DNA of 63,209 nucleotides, filler included, from Choristocarpus tenellus KU-1152 (lineage: Eukaryota; Protista; Phaeophyceae): the NCBI GenBank assembly GCA_964200185.2. It is 11 parts of 11 records of this genome, joined end to end, with 100 filler letters (N's around TTAATTAATTAA, not from the genome) between each part and the next. Parts side by side here need not be neighbours in the genome. Positions count along the whole stretch, not along the records: positions 23,377 to 32,900 come from CAXNAD020003609.1; positions 33,001 to 35,811 come from CAXNAD020024553.1; positions 35,912 to 42,731 come from CAXNAD020007274.1; 8 more parts are not named here. One strand, 5' to 3'. The position numbers and the translations under genes were made by a program. The stretch's first letter is position 1; every line of letters starts with the position of its first letter. The notes under the pieces were generated by a model. That model was not told the DNA's origin, made no database searches, and worked only from the letters and a program-made list of their open reading frames with translations. Of this stretch, positions 26,770 through 39,896 are shown piece after piece.

Positions 26770-27745
26770 TGAATGTGGAGTATCGTGGAGTGGTTTTAAG
26801 TGGTGTGGTTGAGAGTATTTTTGTTGTGGAGTGAATTTTTTGAAGAAATTTGCTGCATTGGTTGATGATTGGAAACGTGAAAATTGGCTGCGTTGGATGT
26901 GCGGAAATCGACCGCATTGGTTGGTGACTGGATACATGGAAATTGGCAACGTTGGATACGCGAAAATTGGCTGTTGTGGTTGGCGACTGGATCGAAAAGT
27001 AACTGCTGGAGATAAGCGAAATTGGCTGCAGAGGTGGTGGGGTAACAAGGATAGTGTTGGGGAAGTTGGTGGGGGAAGGAAGAAGTGGTGTGACTTTGGT
27101 TGAGGAGTAGAGTGGACAGAAGACTAAAACGAGTCTAGTTGACTAATTATCCTGAGTTCGTGACCAAAGCAAAATATGTATGTTGCAAAATATTTTACGC
27201 CTTTACATAATTTAACATTATTTTGTTATTATGAGATTGACAAGTTAAAAATACGTACACCAGATGTAAAAAAATAACGTTAACTACTACTAAGATTTGT
27301 AAAACTATTAAATACTTCAGTTCTAATATCATATCTACTACTACTGTTGTTGTGGTAATATTGCATCTAATGTTTTTCATGTTACACACTATTATTGTGT
27401 ATGGCCCTGTAAACATTATGCGTTGGTTATAAATTCTCGATTAATTAGCTAGCCTCGTCTTAAACTTACATCCGCTTCCACTCCTTAAGCGACATTGCAC
27501 AACTTCTTCCTTGCGACACCACCATCCCCACACTATCCTTGTAACCCCATCAACTATGAGACTCATTTCCGCGTATCCAGTCACCAACCACAGCGACTAA
27601 TTTCCACATACCCAATCACGAATCAATATGACCCATTTTGGTGAATCCACTTCCCCCCCAATCCTCCTAAACTTCTGAACTTCCATTAACAACACTCCAC
27701 ATTCCTCCGTGACATTCCCTCATTCCTCAGCAACACTCCACATTT
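26770..27745. repeat. Long diverged inverted repeat (foldback-like): arms ~26770-27090 and ~27500-27745, AT-rich spacer
   Basis: GGGGTAACAAGGATAGTGT..GGAAGAAGT and GGTTGGTGACTGGATAC in arm 1 recur as reverse complements in arm 2. Confidence 0.65.
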
Positions 27746-27749
27746 GACT

Positions 27750-28874
27750 ATTGACCAACCTCCTGCCAAGCTCACCGAAGCGGGCCTTGCAGGCAACTCA
27801 AAGCTTCATCACTAGTCGAAGTCATGAGGGCAACAAGGGTTCAGTGGTGCGTCACCCCTATTCTTTCGTTTTCTCACAAGAAGAACAGGGTGGACTTCAT
27901 CCTCGACCAGATCTCCCGCAATCGCAAAACGTACAGGACTGGCCTCAACACCGTTGTTCACATCAATGAGGCATGGTTCTACCTCATCTGCAATAGAGAG
28001 ATGGTGCGCATGTTCCAGGGGGAGGAAAAGGTGGGCTCAACGAAGGTGCAGCACAAAAGTCACATTCCCAAAGTGATGTTCATCTCCACCGTTTTGCAAC
28101 CGGATCCTTCCCATGATTTCAACAGCAAGATCGGGATCTGGAGAGTTTGTGTCACGAAGGAAGTACAAAGGACTACAGCATGGCACATGAAAGGAGAGGA
28201 GTACAAGGTCGATGTCACCGTCGACACCAAGTGATACCTGTAGTGATACACGGAGCAGCTGTTGCCAGCGATCAAGGAAAAAATGCCGTGGCTGGAATCA
28301 GGGGGGGGCTCCATACAGCAGGAAAGCGACCCCAGATACGGGCAAGGGTATGGTTCAGGAGCTGAACACAGCAAGGATGGAAAAGGGATGGAACAATAAC
28401 CTTGTGACGCAGCCAGCGTAGTTGTCAGATCTCAACATCAACGATTTGGGGGCTTTTGCATCTCTGAAGAGCAGGGTTTGGGCAGAGTGTTGTGGCACCA
28501 TCGATGAACTTGTAGAGGGGTCTTAAAGCATGTTCCATGCTAATGACACAGACACGCTCAAGAGGGTGTGGCAGAGTCTGTTTAAGAGGTACAATCAGGT
28601 CTTAAGTAAGGACGCTGGGGGGGAACGATTCGAGGTAGAGCACACCAGGACCAAAAAAAGGCAACGTGAGGGCGGGTTGGCTAGATCAGTTGAAGGTGAC
28701 TGAGCAGCCCCTGCAGCGTCCCTGGATTGGTGGGTTGACGGTGTCAATAAAGGCGAGACATAGTTTATACTGTAAAATATTCCAAGGAATCCAACGCAAA
28801 GGTCCATTTTGTAGTCGGAGGTCATCCCGAAGAGCTACAACTTAACGACCCAGATCTATGAGACAGAGGGAGTA
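27750..28874 (+). mobile_element. Decayed Tc1/mariner DD39D-type transposase remnant with right TIR
   Basis: VVHINEAWFYL, HKSHIPKVMF, FNSKIGIW, LLPAIKEKMPW, QPA*LSDLNINDLG, RVWQSLFKRYNQVL with stops and frameshifts; ends GAGACAGAGGGAG-TA. Confidence 0.88.
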
Positions 28875-29009
28875 TGTTTTTGGTGGATCAAATAAAAACA
28901 TTCAAAAAGATATAGAAAATAAAAAAAATACACTTCTTAATAAAGCAAAATTATAAAATTAAAACATCAACTAGAATTCAATTATTTAAGAATCTAGAAA
29001 TACTTTATC

Positions 29010-29515
29010 CATGTACCTCTTCGGGATGACCTCCGATTTCAAAACGGATTTTGCGTTGGATTCCTTGGAATATGTTACGTACGATGAGGTATATTTGAAA
29101 AACATATCCTGAAACTGTTCTGAAAATATGGAACAGAGGTTAGGTGGGGGTATAGGCCCACAAGAAGGCACTGAATTGGTGAATTGATGAAGTTGAGCGA
29201 AAGTAAGGAAAGGTCTTCTAATGCAATAACGTCTAGGAATCCAATGCAAAAACCCGGCTTGAAATCGGAGGTCATTCCGAAGAGATACATGCATAAAGGA
29301 ATAGACTTATGAGACAGAGGGGAGTATAATACCAATAACACAAAAGATGAGTAGCCCATGTTTCAATACGGTCCAGACCTTCCTATACTCTTCAAATATA
29401 ACTCATCTTCCGTCAAAACTTCGGAGAAATCCAACGCAAAAATCCGTTTTGAAATCAGAGGTCATCGCGAATAGGTACACGCATAAAGGAACAGACTTAT
29501 GGGACAGAGGGAGTA
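29010..29515. mobile_element. Cluster of Stowaway-like non-autonomous ends related to the adjacent mariner
   Basis: One inverted (~29010-29072) and two direct (~29235-29326, ~29427-29515) copies of the ~95-bp terminal unit; the direct copies end ACAGAGG(G)GAG-TA. Confidence 0.8.
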
Positions 29516-29639
29516 TAACAATAAATAATAATTGTATTCTAGAACAGCAAAGCTTTCGGGAAAGTAGCTTTGATTGGCACTGCAGAGCAATTTAGGAAAA
29601 AAAAATGATTGGATCATCTTTTTTTAATATTCATCAATG

Positions 29640-30860
29640 AAATACAGGCTTAGATTCGTCGGCTTTGACATCACGATTGTTGTCATCTTCCACCATGAGT
29701 TCCACCTCTCAATTCCCCCGCAAAATTTCCTCATCTACTCCCCCCTCTACAGCACCCATTGGTCTCGCTAACTCGTCTGCATCTTTCAGCTCGTCCAGAA
29801 CATTTGTCAGGTTGAAATCTTCTCCCTCCTGTATCTTGTCTGTCTTGACGTATTTTGTGCTTTCTCTTTGAGCAGAGGCAACCGGCTTGCCACAGTGTGC
29901 TGGTTTCCATCCAACCCCAATCTGGTCCAACTCAGGGTCACCGTTCACACCAGCCTCATCTAATCTTTCACACATGGGCAATCACTCTCCCCTTCGCGTA
30001 CCAAAAGCTGACATATTGCTTCGCATGCAGCCAAAACAACTCTTTGGGCTGAAACTTGGGCATAAAGGTGGTGATTAAATCATATCCCAGCACTTCAGGA
30101 TGGTACCCAGGCCCCTCAATGAGAGCTGCACCCCAAACTCTTATTTTCCCATGCCACCAAATCCCAACGGAAGGTCAAATTTCCCAACGAGTGCTGCGTA
30201 AAGATGAAAGTTTGATATTGTGGAGCTTTGATTTAAAGAGGTTGCTCCTCTTTTTTATCGGAGTCCACTTCAACAATCCCCCTCCCAGTACTAGAGGTGC
30301 AAAAGATCTCCCCTTTCTCCTTCTAAGTTCTCATGATGCAAAAAACCTTGTCTCATCCCACTCCTGCTGCCAGGCAGACACCCTCCACCGCGTTAAATTT
30401 GCCCATATATATGGTTGAAGATGATGAAAACTGGTAGTACAGGATTAGCAGCACACGTGCCTGCTCCTCGTAAAGCACCTCATTGCTGACCAACTTGAGT
30501 TTCTCCATTTCCTCTTTGGCATCAGATTTCCTATCTATTGGAGCATTCCATATGGCAGCATTCAAGTCCCAATTCCTCGTTGCTGCAGCCATGCAGACCA
30601 TTGCCTCATCCTTGGTTTGCCTCCCCCTACACTTGTTGTTTTGCGGCATCCCCTCGCCTCCAAGCGCCTTTGCAGTCTACCTCTGGACCTGTTGTTTCTC
30701 TTGTTCCCCGCCCAGAGACTCCTTACTTAGGGCGCGACTAACTCAAGATTGGTTTTGATTCTCGAAATCGCTGTGGAAAGGTTTTTGTGTCCATTTCCTC
30801 TTCTCTTTGAGAACCAAGTATATGATCTTCCTCACTTTCCTTGTGCAACCTCTAAAAATG
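29640..30860 (-). pseudogene. Degraded intronless reading-frame remnant, possibly transposon-derived
   Basis: Successive ORF pieces (30353-30649, 29709-29981) with protein-like composition broken by stops; no motif recognised. Confidence 0.25.
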
Positions 30861-32472
30861 GGACAACTATGAGGACTTAAGAAATGCCACCCAATTTTCA
30901 TGCGGACACCAACAGTTAAATGTTTTAGGATAGGTATAAAATGTTACGCTGACTTGAAGCTATAGTCATAAGCTTTCACTCGATTACATTGTCAGAAGTA
31001 AGCAACATGTTATATAGAACGAGATGATCGGAATCAGAGGTCTAAATTGAACAAAAGTTTGTAAAATTTAAATTTTAAAGTTGCCTACAAAACGAGAAAA
31101 AAAACTTATTAGTACCACCTACCATATTGTGTTATTATATTGTCCAAACAAAGTGTTACAATGATTCAACATATTCATACATACATAAAGTTTGAACACT
31201 ACTATTAGCAGCGCTAGTACTGTTTCCTATAACCTATGTATGCGTACTATGGATGAATGTGTTACTATGATGCCACTGACGTGCTACATATCCCTGTCAG
31301 GATCAGTGTTATGATTATCAATGTTATCTATTTCGATGATTAGACCTCTGAGACTGTTTTTCCTGTACATATGACTTGGTCCGCATGATTTGCTGCACAT
31401 GACCTGGTGTATATACTGCTATGCAATCAATCCAGAAGAATGTATGTGGACCATGAAGCTCGTAAAAGGGTCCATAACGTGAATGTTGTCAAGTATGCTG
31501 GATCTCTCACTTCCATCGTTCAGTTCATTCGTCATGATCATAAAAATGGACTGGCAATGATGTATGGCCCCAATGGACCATCATATTGACTAAATAATAA
31601 AAAAATGATCAAGAAGTACAATATATGAAATCTAGGACTTCAAGGTCATAGTGGCGCTTATGAAACTGCCACCAAGACATATCGCCTGTAACAGTATTAT
31701 ATTTAGCAAGACGAGTCAAGAAATATCCATGGGGGGAAGCAAGTAGTAGAAGAAGAAAGGAAAAGAAGATTATTGATTGCTACCACGCGATGGAGGAACT
31801 GGTTCCTCCCCTCCACTGAGCTTGCTCATCACTGATCCACAAGTTGGAGCAGGCCAGTCCCCAACTACATCCTCACTTAGTAGTGTTCGTAGGTCCCACT
31901 AGCTCTATTGTTGTCAGGGTCAGATGCACTGAAGTACACATCAGCTTCATCTATCAACTATATATTGTCTGTGACGGGCTGCCAGAGAGTCCATACTATT
32001 CTTATTATGGTTGTAGCTTCTCAGGATCTTCAAGTAACTTAAGGCGATCAGGCGTTGCCACATTTCTTTCTTGTCCTCCGTCCTCCCTCGAGAGCACCGA
32101 CCGATCCTCCTTTTGGGATGGGATGTCGTGTATTACCTCCCCAGCAGATGAGCACTCAGTGATAACCTCAGTGTTTGCTGGGTCCATTGAAGCCCTCGTG
32201 CGAGACACAGCTTGTCGCCCACAGATAAAAATGTTATGCTCTAGCACTGCATCTACTACAGCAGATAAATACAGGGCACCCAAACGCATAGTGCGCGAAG
32301 GGCTCAAGCAGGAGGGTTTTCTATCCGTAGCCTCTCCAAAAAGTAGCAACTCCCACCCTAGAAGAGATGTGTCTCATAAGGTTGGCAAATACAACGTATT
32401 ATCTGGACTAAGATTATGGAAAGATAGGTGCTAGGTGTGTACTAGTAGAAGGGAATTTTGATTGTTGTTGCT

Positions 32473-32729
32473 GACCCAAGGAATTTAAGAGGGTAGGAGT
32501 TTTGCCCTGTTTGTCCGTTCAGGGTTTGACTTGCCAAGGGTTTTTTATGCTCTTTTTCGGTTTTCTGTGTGAACACAGTACCTAAAATGTATGCGACTGT
32601 GAAAGGTGCATCCGGAGCAACGATATTTACACTTGGTAACAGACACGATTGGTAAAATTCACCAAAATCACAACATTGGATTTATGACCCCGAACGGACG
32701 CGGCCCTACCCTCTTAAATGATTAGACTC
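32473..32729 (-). mobile_element. MITE family B, divergent subfamily copy
   Basis: TTTAAGAGGGTAGGAGTTTTGCCCTGTTTGTCC ... GGCCCTACCCTCTTAAA; colinear with family B. Confidence 0.75.
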
Positions 32730-32827
32730 TGTTAAAGAAGAAAACTAGTGCCAACATGTTAACATACCTTTGAAATTAAATATCATTACCTGATCCAAAG
32801 AGTTATTTGGAACTATCCTCGACTAAA

Positions 32828-32900
32828 GGTTCAAAGTATCTGGGGGGGGGTGGCGGCTGTCCATTTGGGGTCAATTTTTTCATGTCGCGATTTTTGGGTG
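32828..32900 (+). mobile_element. MITE family A, 5' half cut by gap
   Basis: GGTTCAAAGTATCT-G tract-TGGCGGCTGTCCATTTGG. Confidence 0.8.
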
Positions 32901-33016
32901 NNNNNNNNNNNNNNNNNNNNNNNNNNNNNNNNNNNNNNNNNNNNTTAATTAATTAANNNNNNNNNNNNNNNNNNNNNNNNNNNNNNNNNNNNNNNNNNNN
33001 AGAAATGCTCGAAGAA

Positions 33017-33196
33017 GACCCAAAGTATCTGGGGGGAGGGGGGATCTACACCAGGGTGTCCATATGGACCAAAATCAGGAAACGTGCATTTACATTTTCC
33101 ATTAGACGTATGCTACCAAATCACCCAAAAATCGCGACATGAAAAACATTGACCCCAAATGGACAGCCGCAGCCCCCCACCTAGATACTTTCTGCC
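33017..33196 (-). mobile_element. MITE family A, full-length copy
   Basis: GACCCAAAGTATCT ... CCAAATGGACAGCCGC ... AGATACTTT; TSD not clean. Confidence 0.8.
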
Positions 33197-34984
33197 AGAA
33201 TTGCAATGTTTCCCAAAATTCAGTTCTGTGATAATGGGTATAACAAAAAAAATAGTTGGACCAAAGGAAGATCCAAACACAAAATGACGTTAGAGGCGGT
33301 AAAGTACTGAACTTTGTCCATGATGGTCTGCTCTGGGCGAACCTTGGAGTCATTCCAGATGCGTTTCTCTCCTTCCGGTGAGTTAAATCATAGGCTACTC
33401 GTTTGTTTTTCCTTGATATGATACAGTACCATCACCTCGCCCTGACTGTTGATTGGTCAACTGCACTGGTCGTTATTGTCATTTTTGCATTCCCAACTCA
33501 TCATCACCACAAGATCAATACCCTTTAGAACAACGAGTACATAGAAGCACAAGATCAGTCGATATACATCACACACACAGGGATAGCACGATTTACTCGA
33601 GTTCGATCAGATATTGATTCAAGAGTGTTCTTTTGGTACTTTGTTTTTTCTATTGCCATCTTTCTTCTTCTTAGTAGAAGAAGACTCAGATGCGCATTAA
33701 TTGTTGATTACTATTTCTTTCCGCCAAGGCAACAAGCCTCTCCTCAGAGCATGGATTTCTTCCTTTGAGTATCTCAGGAAAGAACACTTAATTCCCATCA
33801 TCATTCTTGACTGAGCGATCAATGACCTCAGTTACAACAGAACAAATTCATCGGTGCTTTGCAGCACTATCTTCTCTTTGCAACGCAGACCACACATTTC
33901 ACTCGAAATCACGATTCCTTCGATTCAGGTTTTAACACGGTCTAAGGTCTCTTATCGTGTACGCTGTCTTGGTCGCACTGAGAGTCTCAACAAAGGATGA
34001 GGTTGCCGGCTTCCGTTCTCCATTGCACTCAAGCTGACAGGTACTAGACTTAACAACAGGCACAATCCCATCGAACAAGGGTTCACCATGGCAAGACGGA
34101 AAGAAGTTGTGGATGACTGCGATCCCGAGGCTTGCATAGGTCTGAGAAACCCTCCACATTTCCCATATCTGTTCTCTTGAACTGGTTTTCCACATCCATC
34201 AGTCCCGATGTGTAGCACCTGCAGTTCCGTTCTGAACCCGCGAGCCCTGCTCTCTGTACCAACGGGCCCAAGGTGAGGCCTCTTGCACCTGTATGGGGCG
34301 GTGCAGCTTTCTTGATGCATATCTGAACACTCTCAATGAACTATTGAAAGGAAAGAAAAGACTACAGGAGAACAAGTGTATAAAGATTCATAGGACATCA
34401 GGTAAGTAGGAGAGAGGAGAAATATTTCTGGTGGTTGTCAACTCACAAGAGGAAGTTCATCATGTTGTAAAATATCTCTTAGGGCAGTCTTGAGCTCATC
34501 TGAGTTGCACACCTCCCAAAATTCTCAGTCAAAGGAGGAAATGCGCTTCCCTCCCTAAAGCCGTCCTTTGATGTGCCTTTTTGTTCCGGATATTCCTCAA
34601 ACACAAGATGAGAGTGTCACCGGACAGGTGATACAAACAACCGCAGGACCTTCAATGCAGAAGGTGGCGCGGTGGTTGAAAGACGCTCACAGTAGCATGT
34701 GCAAAGGATAGTTTACAGTTTTCGACGTTGGAGTGCATTGTAGTTGGTGTGGTTGTAGTTCTCACATGTGATTCCCACGCATTGAGCTCTGAGTGGCGAA
34801 GTCTTTTGTTACCTCATTACCACTTGCTGACATAGAATGGTCTCCATTGGAAGAGGGTTGTGCGCTAAGGTGTTCATCTATCCAAGCCCTCGAACTCAAG
34901 TCTTTCTTGAACACCTGATGCACCTCGTCATTAGTTCCAAGTTGCGTTCTAAAAATGGTTGAGACGAGGAGAAATGGTGAATGT

Positions 34985-35240
34985 TAGTGCATCATAGAGG
35001 GTAGGGTCGCGTCCCTTTGGGGTCCAAAATCCACTGTTGTGATTTTGATGCAATTTTGGCTATCCTGTTTGTTAGGAAGTGTCAATATCCTTGTTCCGGA
35101 CACATCTTTTCATAGCGTGTATATTTTACCTACTCTGAAACCATTTCGGAATAGGTAAAATGTCATAAAAAACCCGTGGGGAGCCAAGCCCCAAATGGAC
35201 AAGCAGGGCAAAACTCCTACCCTCTAAAATGCTTTGACTC
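34985..35240 (+). mobile_element. MITE family B copy
   Basis: TAGAGGGTAGGG ... CCAAATGGACAAGCAGGGCAAAACTCCTACCCTCTAAAATGCTTTGACTC. Confidence 0.8.
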
Positions 35241-35911
35241 TTACTTTTGTAGCAGGCAGAGTGTTGTCGGTTGTTCACATAAAAAAGAATCTGTGGCACT
35301 TTACTGTTGTGCCTAGGCCATATGTCGCACCTGTTGAGGATGTTGTTGGCAACACGGATCTGGATAGCAAACTTCCTTGTTGGTGTGCCGGTCCAAGATT
35401 GGATCCGTAGGGCATAGGGTTCATTTTGGTTTCCCATACGATGAGCGCAATTACCCGTTGTGCTCCTGTCGAATAACCTAGTGTTGTCCTTGCGTTATCT
35501 GTGCTGATAGAAGTATATAACATAAGTTTTCATTTATGTTTATTATATTATTATGCCCTCTGACATTTTGCAGATGTGTCAGGGGGGAAACCAATGAAAA
35601 GTATATATATGTCGTTATTAGCCCTAAAAAAACAAAATATCCTAAACGTAAGAACACTATGAACATTGTGAGAGTGGAAACCAATAATCAGTTACTTCAC
35701 CACTATCAAATATTGTACTACTGCCATAGCTTCCCACCTACCTACTCTTGTGCCCCGGGGGGGGGGAGCGAGGGAAGCATCCCAAGAATCCAACAGACCC
35801 CTCCGTGCCCANNNNNNNNNNNNNNNNNNNNNNNNNNNNNNNNNNNNNNNNNNNNTTAATTAATTAANNNNNNNNNNNNNNNNNNNNNNNNNNNNNNNNN
35901 NNNNNNNNNNN

Positions 35912-35954
35912 ACCCTGGTGTAGACCCCCCTCCCCCGCCAGATACTTTGAGCCT
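35912..35954 (+). mobile_element. MITE family A 3' end after gap
   Basis: CCCTGGTGTAGA-C tract-CAGATACTTTGAGCC. Confidence 0.7.
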
Positions 35955-38900
35955 TAGCATTGAGCAGGGAAGGATGGAGATGGGGAGGGGGGCGAAACAC
36001 TCAGAAGATTGACAAATTAGGGTAGGAGACACACAACTGAAACTAGAGAGTTGGGGGCTGGCACTTTGGAGCAAATTTATCAGGTCTCATTAGTCATGAG
36101 TAGGGCTACAGCTGTAAGAATAATAAAAGGCAACAGAGGGAGACACCCACTGATATATGGATTAACCTTGAGCCAAGTCCAAATTACAGGATGAAATAAA
36201 AAATGGCAGTGAATGTGGTTGTGCGCATACCCCTAGGCCCCAAGAAACATAGGCCTGGGTTAGGGGATGAAGAGACTGTTATTAAGCTCCTGCATTATTC
36301 TTCCTGGTAAACGCATAAAAGAGTGAGGGACCAGAGCCCCAAAGCACATTTAAGGGCAAGTAGTCCCTATCAATGTAGAACTGAGTAAGTCAGCAGGGGA
36401 ATTCAATATTTACTTTCCACAAAATTGCTGGAGGAGATTGCTGGTTCAAGAAAACACACACACATGTACATATGCACGCACACTGTTTGTTGTAGCGACT
36501 AATAATAGATTGAGGTTCTCAGTAGTTGGTCCAGCACCGCAGCGTTTGCAATTACTCTCGTCTCTTCTGACACACCCTTCGAAAAGGATATGGTGCAGAC
36601 AAACAACGCCAACCTGCGCAATCTCATATTCTCACCGATAGAATCCATGACTGGCAACAACAACAAAAAAAAACTCGAATCATTTCAAACCCGAAACTCT
36701 ACTACGGCGTGTTGAGTCGAATCAATTTCACTCGAGTCATCCAAAAAAAAAAATGTAAACAAATCAAATCAATGCATCAAGTCAATAGAATAAATAAAAC
36801 GAAATGCAAGACAAGCAAGTGAGCCCAACAAGCATCGGTCACCCAATTCGCGGATGACAACATGCGGATACTTGAGCGTCCTGCAAACCATACACCTAGT
36901 CAGAAACATCCACAACTTGGTCAGTAGCGCGCCCATGTTGCTCCAGGAGGATCCTCTCTCTGACACATGAGTTAATTCAGGAAAGTGGCCGCGTACACAG
37001 AGGCGCTAGGTCTTGTGAGAGAGAAGAACATGCTACTGGCCAGCTTCAGAACTCCCAAGTTGTCCTCTACGATCAATGCGTTTCAAAAGTCAGGTCAGAC
37101 CACGGAAGTTAGGAAGCTCCCGAGACACAGATACTTCACTGAGCATCATTAACCAGGGAGACGTTTTCAAACTCAGCGGGTGGCTTTACCCCAAAGCAGA
37201 GAGTCGCTTCGAAATAAACACAGAATGGTGCACCCGTCAGCCAGAAAACACGACCTCCGGTGGACTTCGTTTTGTGAGAGCAATTGCCACTGCTGACACC
37301 AGCGCAGGTGACAAGCTCCAACACATTCCCCTGATACTGCCAGGGATCCATGAGGACACTTCATCGTGGTGCTTGACCACTCCCTTGTCCATGTACAGGA
37401 GGTTAGTAGCACTGAAATCTGGTCCGTCTTGTCACTCACCATCACGTAAATGCAAAATTCCGACACAACAGTGGGTTTCAACCCTGGACTCCAGCACAAC
37501 CATTGTCTCATCCTCAGCAAAAGCCGTCGAACCAGTTGCAGGGGGGACTGCTCAAGCCCATACAGACTCCAGTGTGAGCCCACAGACGCACAGAGTACAA
37601 AATACATTTGAGCCTTGTCGCACCCCTCTATAGCTGCTCCACATGTATCTCTCTCACCTTCGACTCCGCCTTTTTCGCAAGAGCGGTAGCTTTCTAAGTC
37701 GAGACCATAAAGGCCAACAGCGCTCCATAACAACGCAAACGAGGTGTCTGAGCGCTCAACGTCCTTACCACCAGGGAGGGGGGTACACAGAGAGACCAAC
37801 AGCCTCTCGGACCTGAGAGAATACCTCTGGCACCAGTCTCACCACATACCGTTCACCTGCCTCGACCTCAAACAGATATTTTGGTACTGTAACTTGTTGG
37901 TCTTTGGAGTTCAGTGCCAATTCCCACACCCTTTGTCAGCGTGCTCTCCATCCCCTCTTTCACTACTGCAATCTACCTTGTAGAGTCCTCTGCAGCAGTC
38001 GCCTGTCTGTAGGTAGAGGCTTTTGCCCAAAATTGTTGCGCCCATAATACAAACGGAGAGGAAGGAGGCAGGGCACTGTAGTCCCCCAATTGTGCAAGGA
38101 TCCTTCTTTGTCTGCGTCTTCCCAAAGTCGCAGAATATGGATCGGCAGATCCTGGGGACTTCACTCAGTCTCTCTGCCAAGGATTCAGCTAGATTCTTCT
38201 CCAGAACTCAGGTCACGGTGTCCTGGTCCTCTTCACCCTCTTCCTTGGTAGCCTTCGTCATGTCCAAGCTGCCCCCAGAAGGCAGAAGAGTGGATCATGA
38301 AGAATCTATCACCATGATGGTACTAGAGTAGGTAATGGAGAATGTACCCTCCTGCCAGACACCGTAAGTGTGGCTCTCCCTCTTACATAAATTGCACATG
38401 TCTTGAATTTTGGGGTGAGCAAGCTGGAGGTGCCACAGTTCACCCATATTGATTGATGGCAGAGTAGCCCAAGAGCACAGGCATCTTGTGATGAGTGCCT
38501 ACCTGAAGTTCGAAGAAGTAAAGATTTCCATGCTCCGAACAGGGGAACACTTTCCCTTTGTTCATGGATGGGCAATAGCTACACGTACAGTGCCTGCTAG
38601 TTTTGTCTCAGTAAAACAAAAGGAGCTGAAGAGATGCCAACCCAAATTTGGCACCATGAGAACACCCAAAACAACTGGCTAGGGCCCTCCTGCACAGTCC
38701 ACAAACTGGCAGTAGACAGCTGTAGTCACAAAAAAAAAAATAATCACCAGCCCCAACACATACCTGAGGTTTCGGTAATTGCTGAAATTCCAAGAGTTAT
38801 CCTATGTATCAGGTTTTGCAATCATATAGCTCCTTGTGCAGGTTCATCCTTAAAGGTTGAAACTATCCTGACCACGTTGTCTCTGAGGACCTGCAGTGCC

Positions 38901-39896
38901 CTGCGCTATCCGCTGCCACTATTCCAATCTGTCGATATGATCACACATTAGGTAGTACACCAACCCACTCCATTTTATGAACAGAGTTCCAAAAAAATGT
39001 GTGTTGGCGTTTCTTGATTCTGACAGTCATTCCTCCAGATTGGCGCCTGCTGTTGGACTCTCCTCGCCTCTTAAGACGTCCTAATCACACACTTGTGCTT
39101 ATTCAAAAGGACCACATCCAGCTTCTCCACAAACTGGCAACACTTATCTTGCTCCCTGTTGAACTAGAGGTAGTTATTGCGGGACCCCCTTTCCCACTAC
39201 TTCAATTTATCCGATCCATTGAGAAGGTTCTACTCCTCCAGTTCCCAAGACACAGTCCATGGAAATGAAGACCTGCAGCTTCTGGTACAAAATATGCACC
39301 CATTCCCTAGGCTCCAAGAAGTCCTGAGTTATAGACTATAAAATACCTTTGCAGTTACATTCGTGAAAGTAAGGGACTGAAGCCCCCAAGCAGCAGGTTG
39401 AGGGCAAGCGATCCCTGTGAATCTAGAACTGAGTAATTCCTCACAAGTGTTCTACATCAACCACTCCACGAACTCGCCAGAAGCTTGCCATTATAGAACC
39501 CATCAGTTCAAATTTAGTCAACTGTTGTTAGTCCGCTATCACTCTCAATTGCTGACATCATACAGATTTGAATTACCATATTGTATTATAACGCAAATGA
39601 GGATTTGGAAGATAACATTGTTGAACCCTTGTGTGGTGGACCAAATATCAATCAATGAGTGCAACACACTGAAGTGCCCCGATTAGTAGGTGTTAAAAAA
39701 AATGAAAATTCCACGCTGGAAAACTAGAACAAAATCCAAACCTACCCACCCACCTACCCACACATTTCTCCCATGGGGAGGGGGGGGGGGGTATGTAGGA
39801 TGGGGACACGAAAACACTATTTGGAAGGTAACAATAAAGCAGCAAAGAAGATCTAAAAACTGGCACCAAAGGATGGATCTCTACCAAAACACTTAC

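Noticed and set aside
31844-32434. 196-aa ORF and overlapping antisense ORF
   Set aside because: Non-ATG start, no motif, both strands equally plausible
34657-34735. tRNA A-box-like GGTGGCGCGGTGGTT
   Set aside because: No good B box or cloverleaf; at most a tRNA-derived SINE relic
33930-34960. Possible LTR retrotransposon or gene fragment
   Set aside because: No gag/pol motifs, PBS or paired LTRs identified
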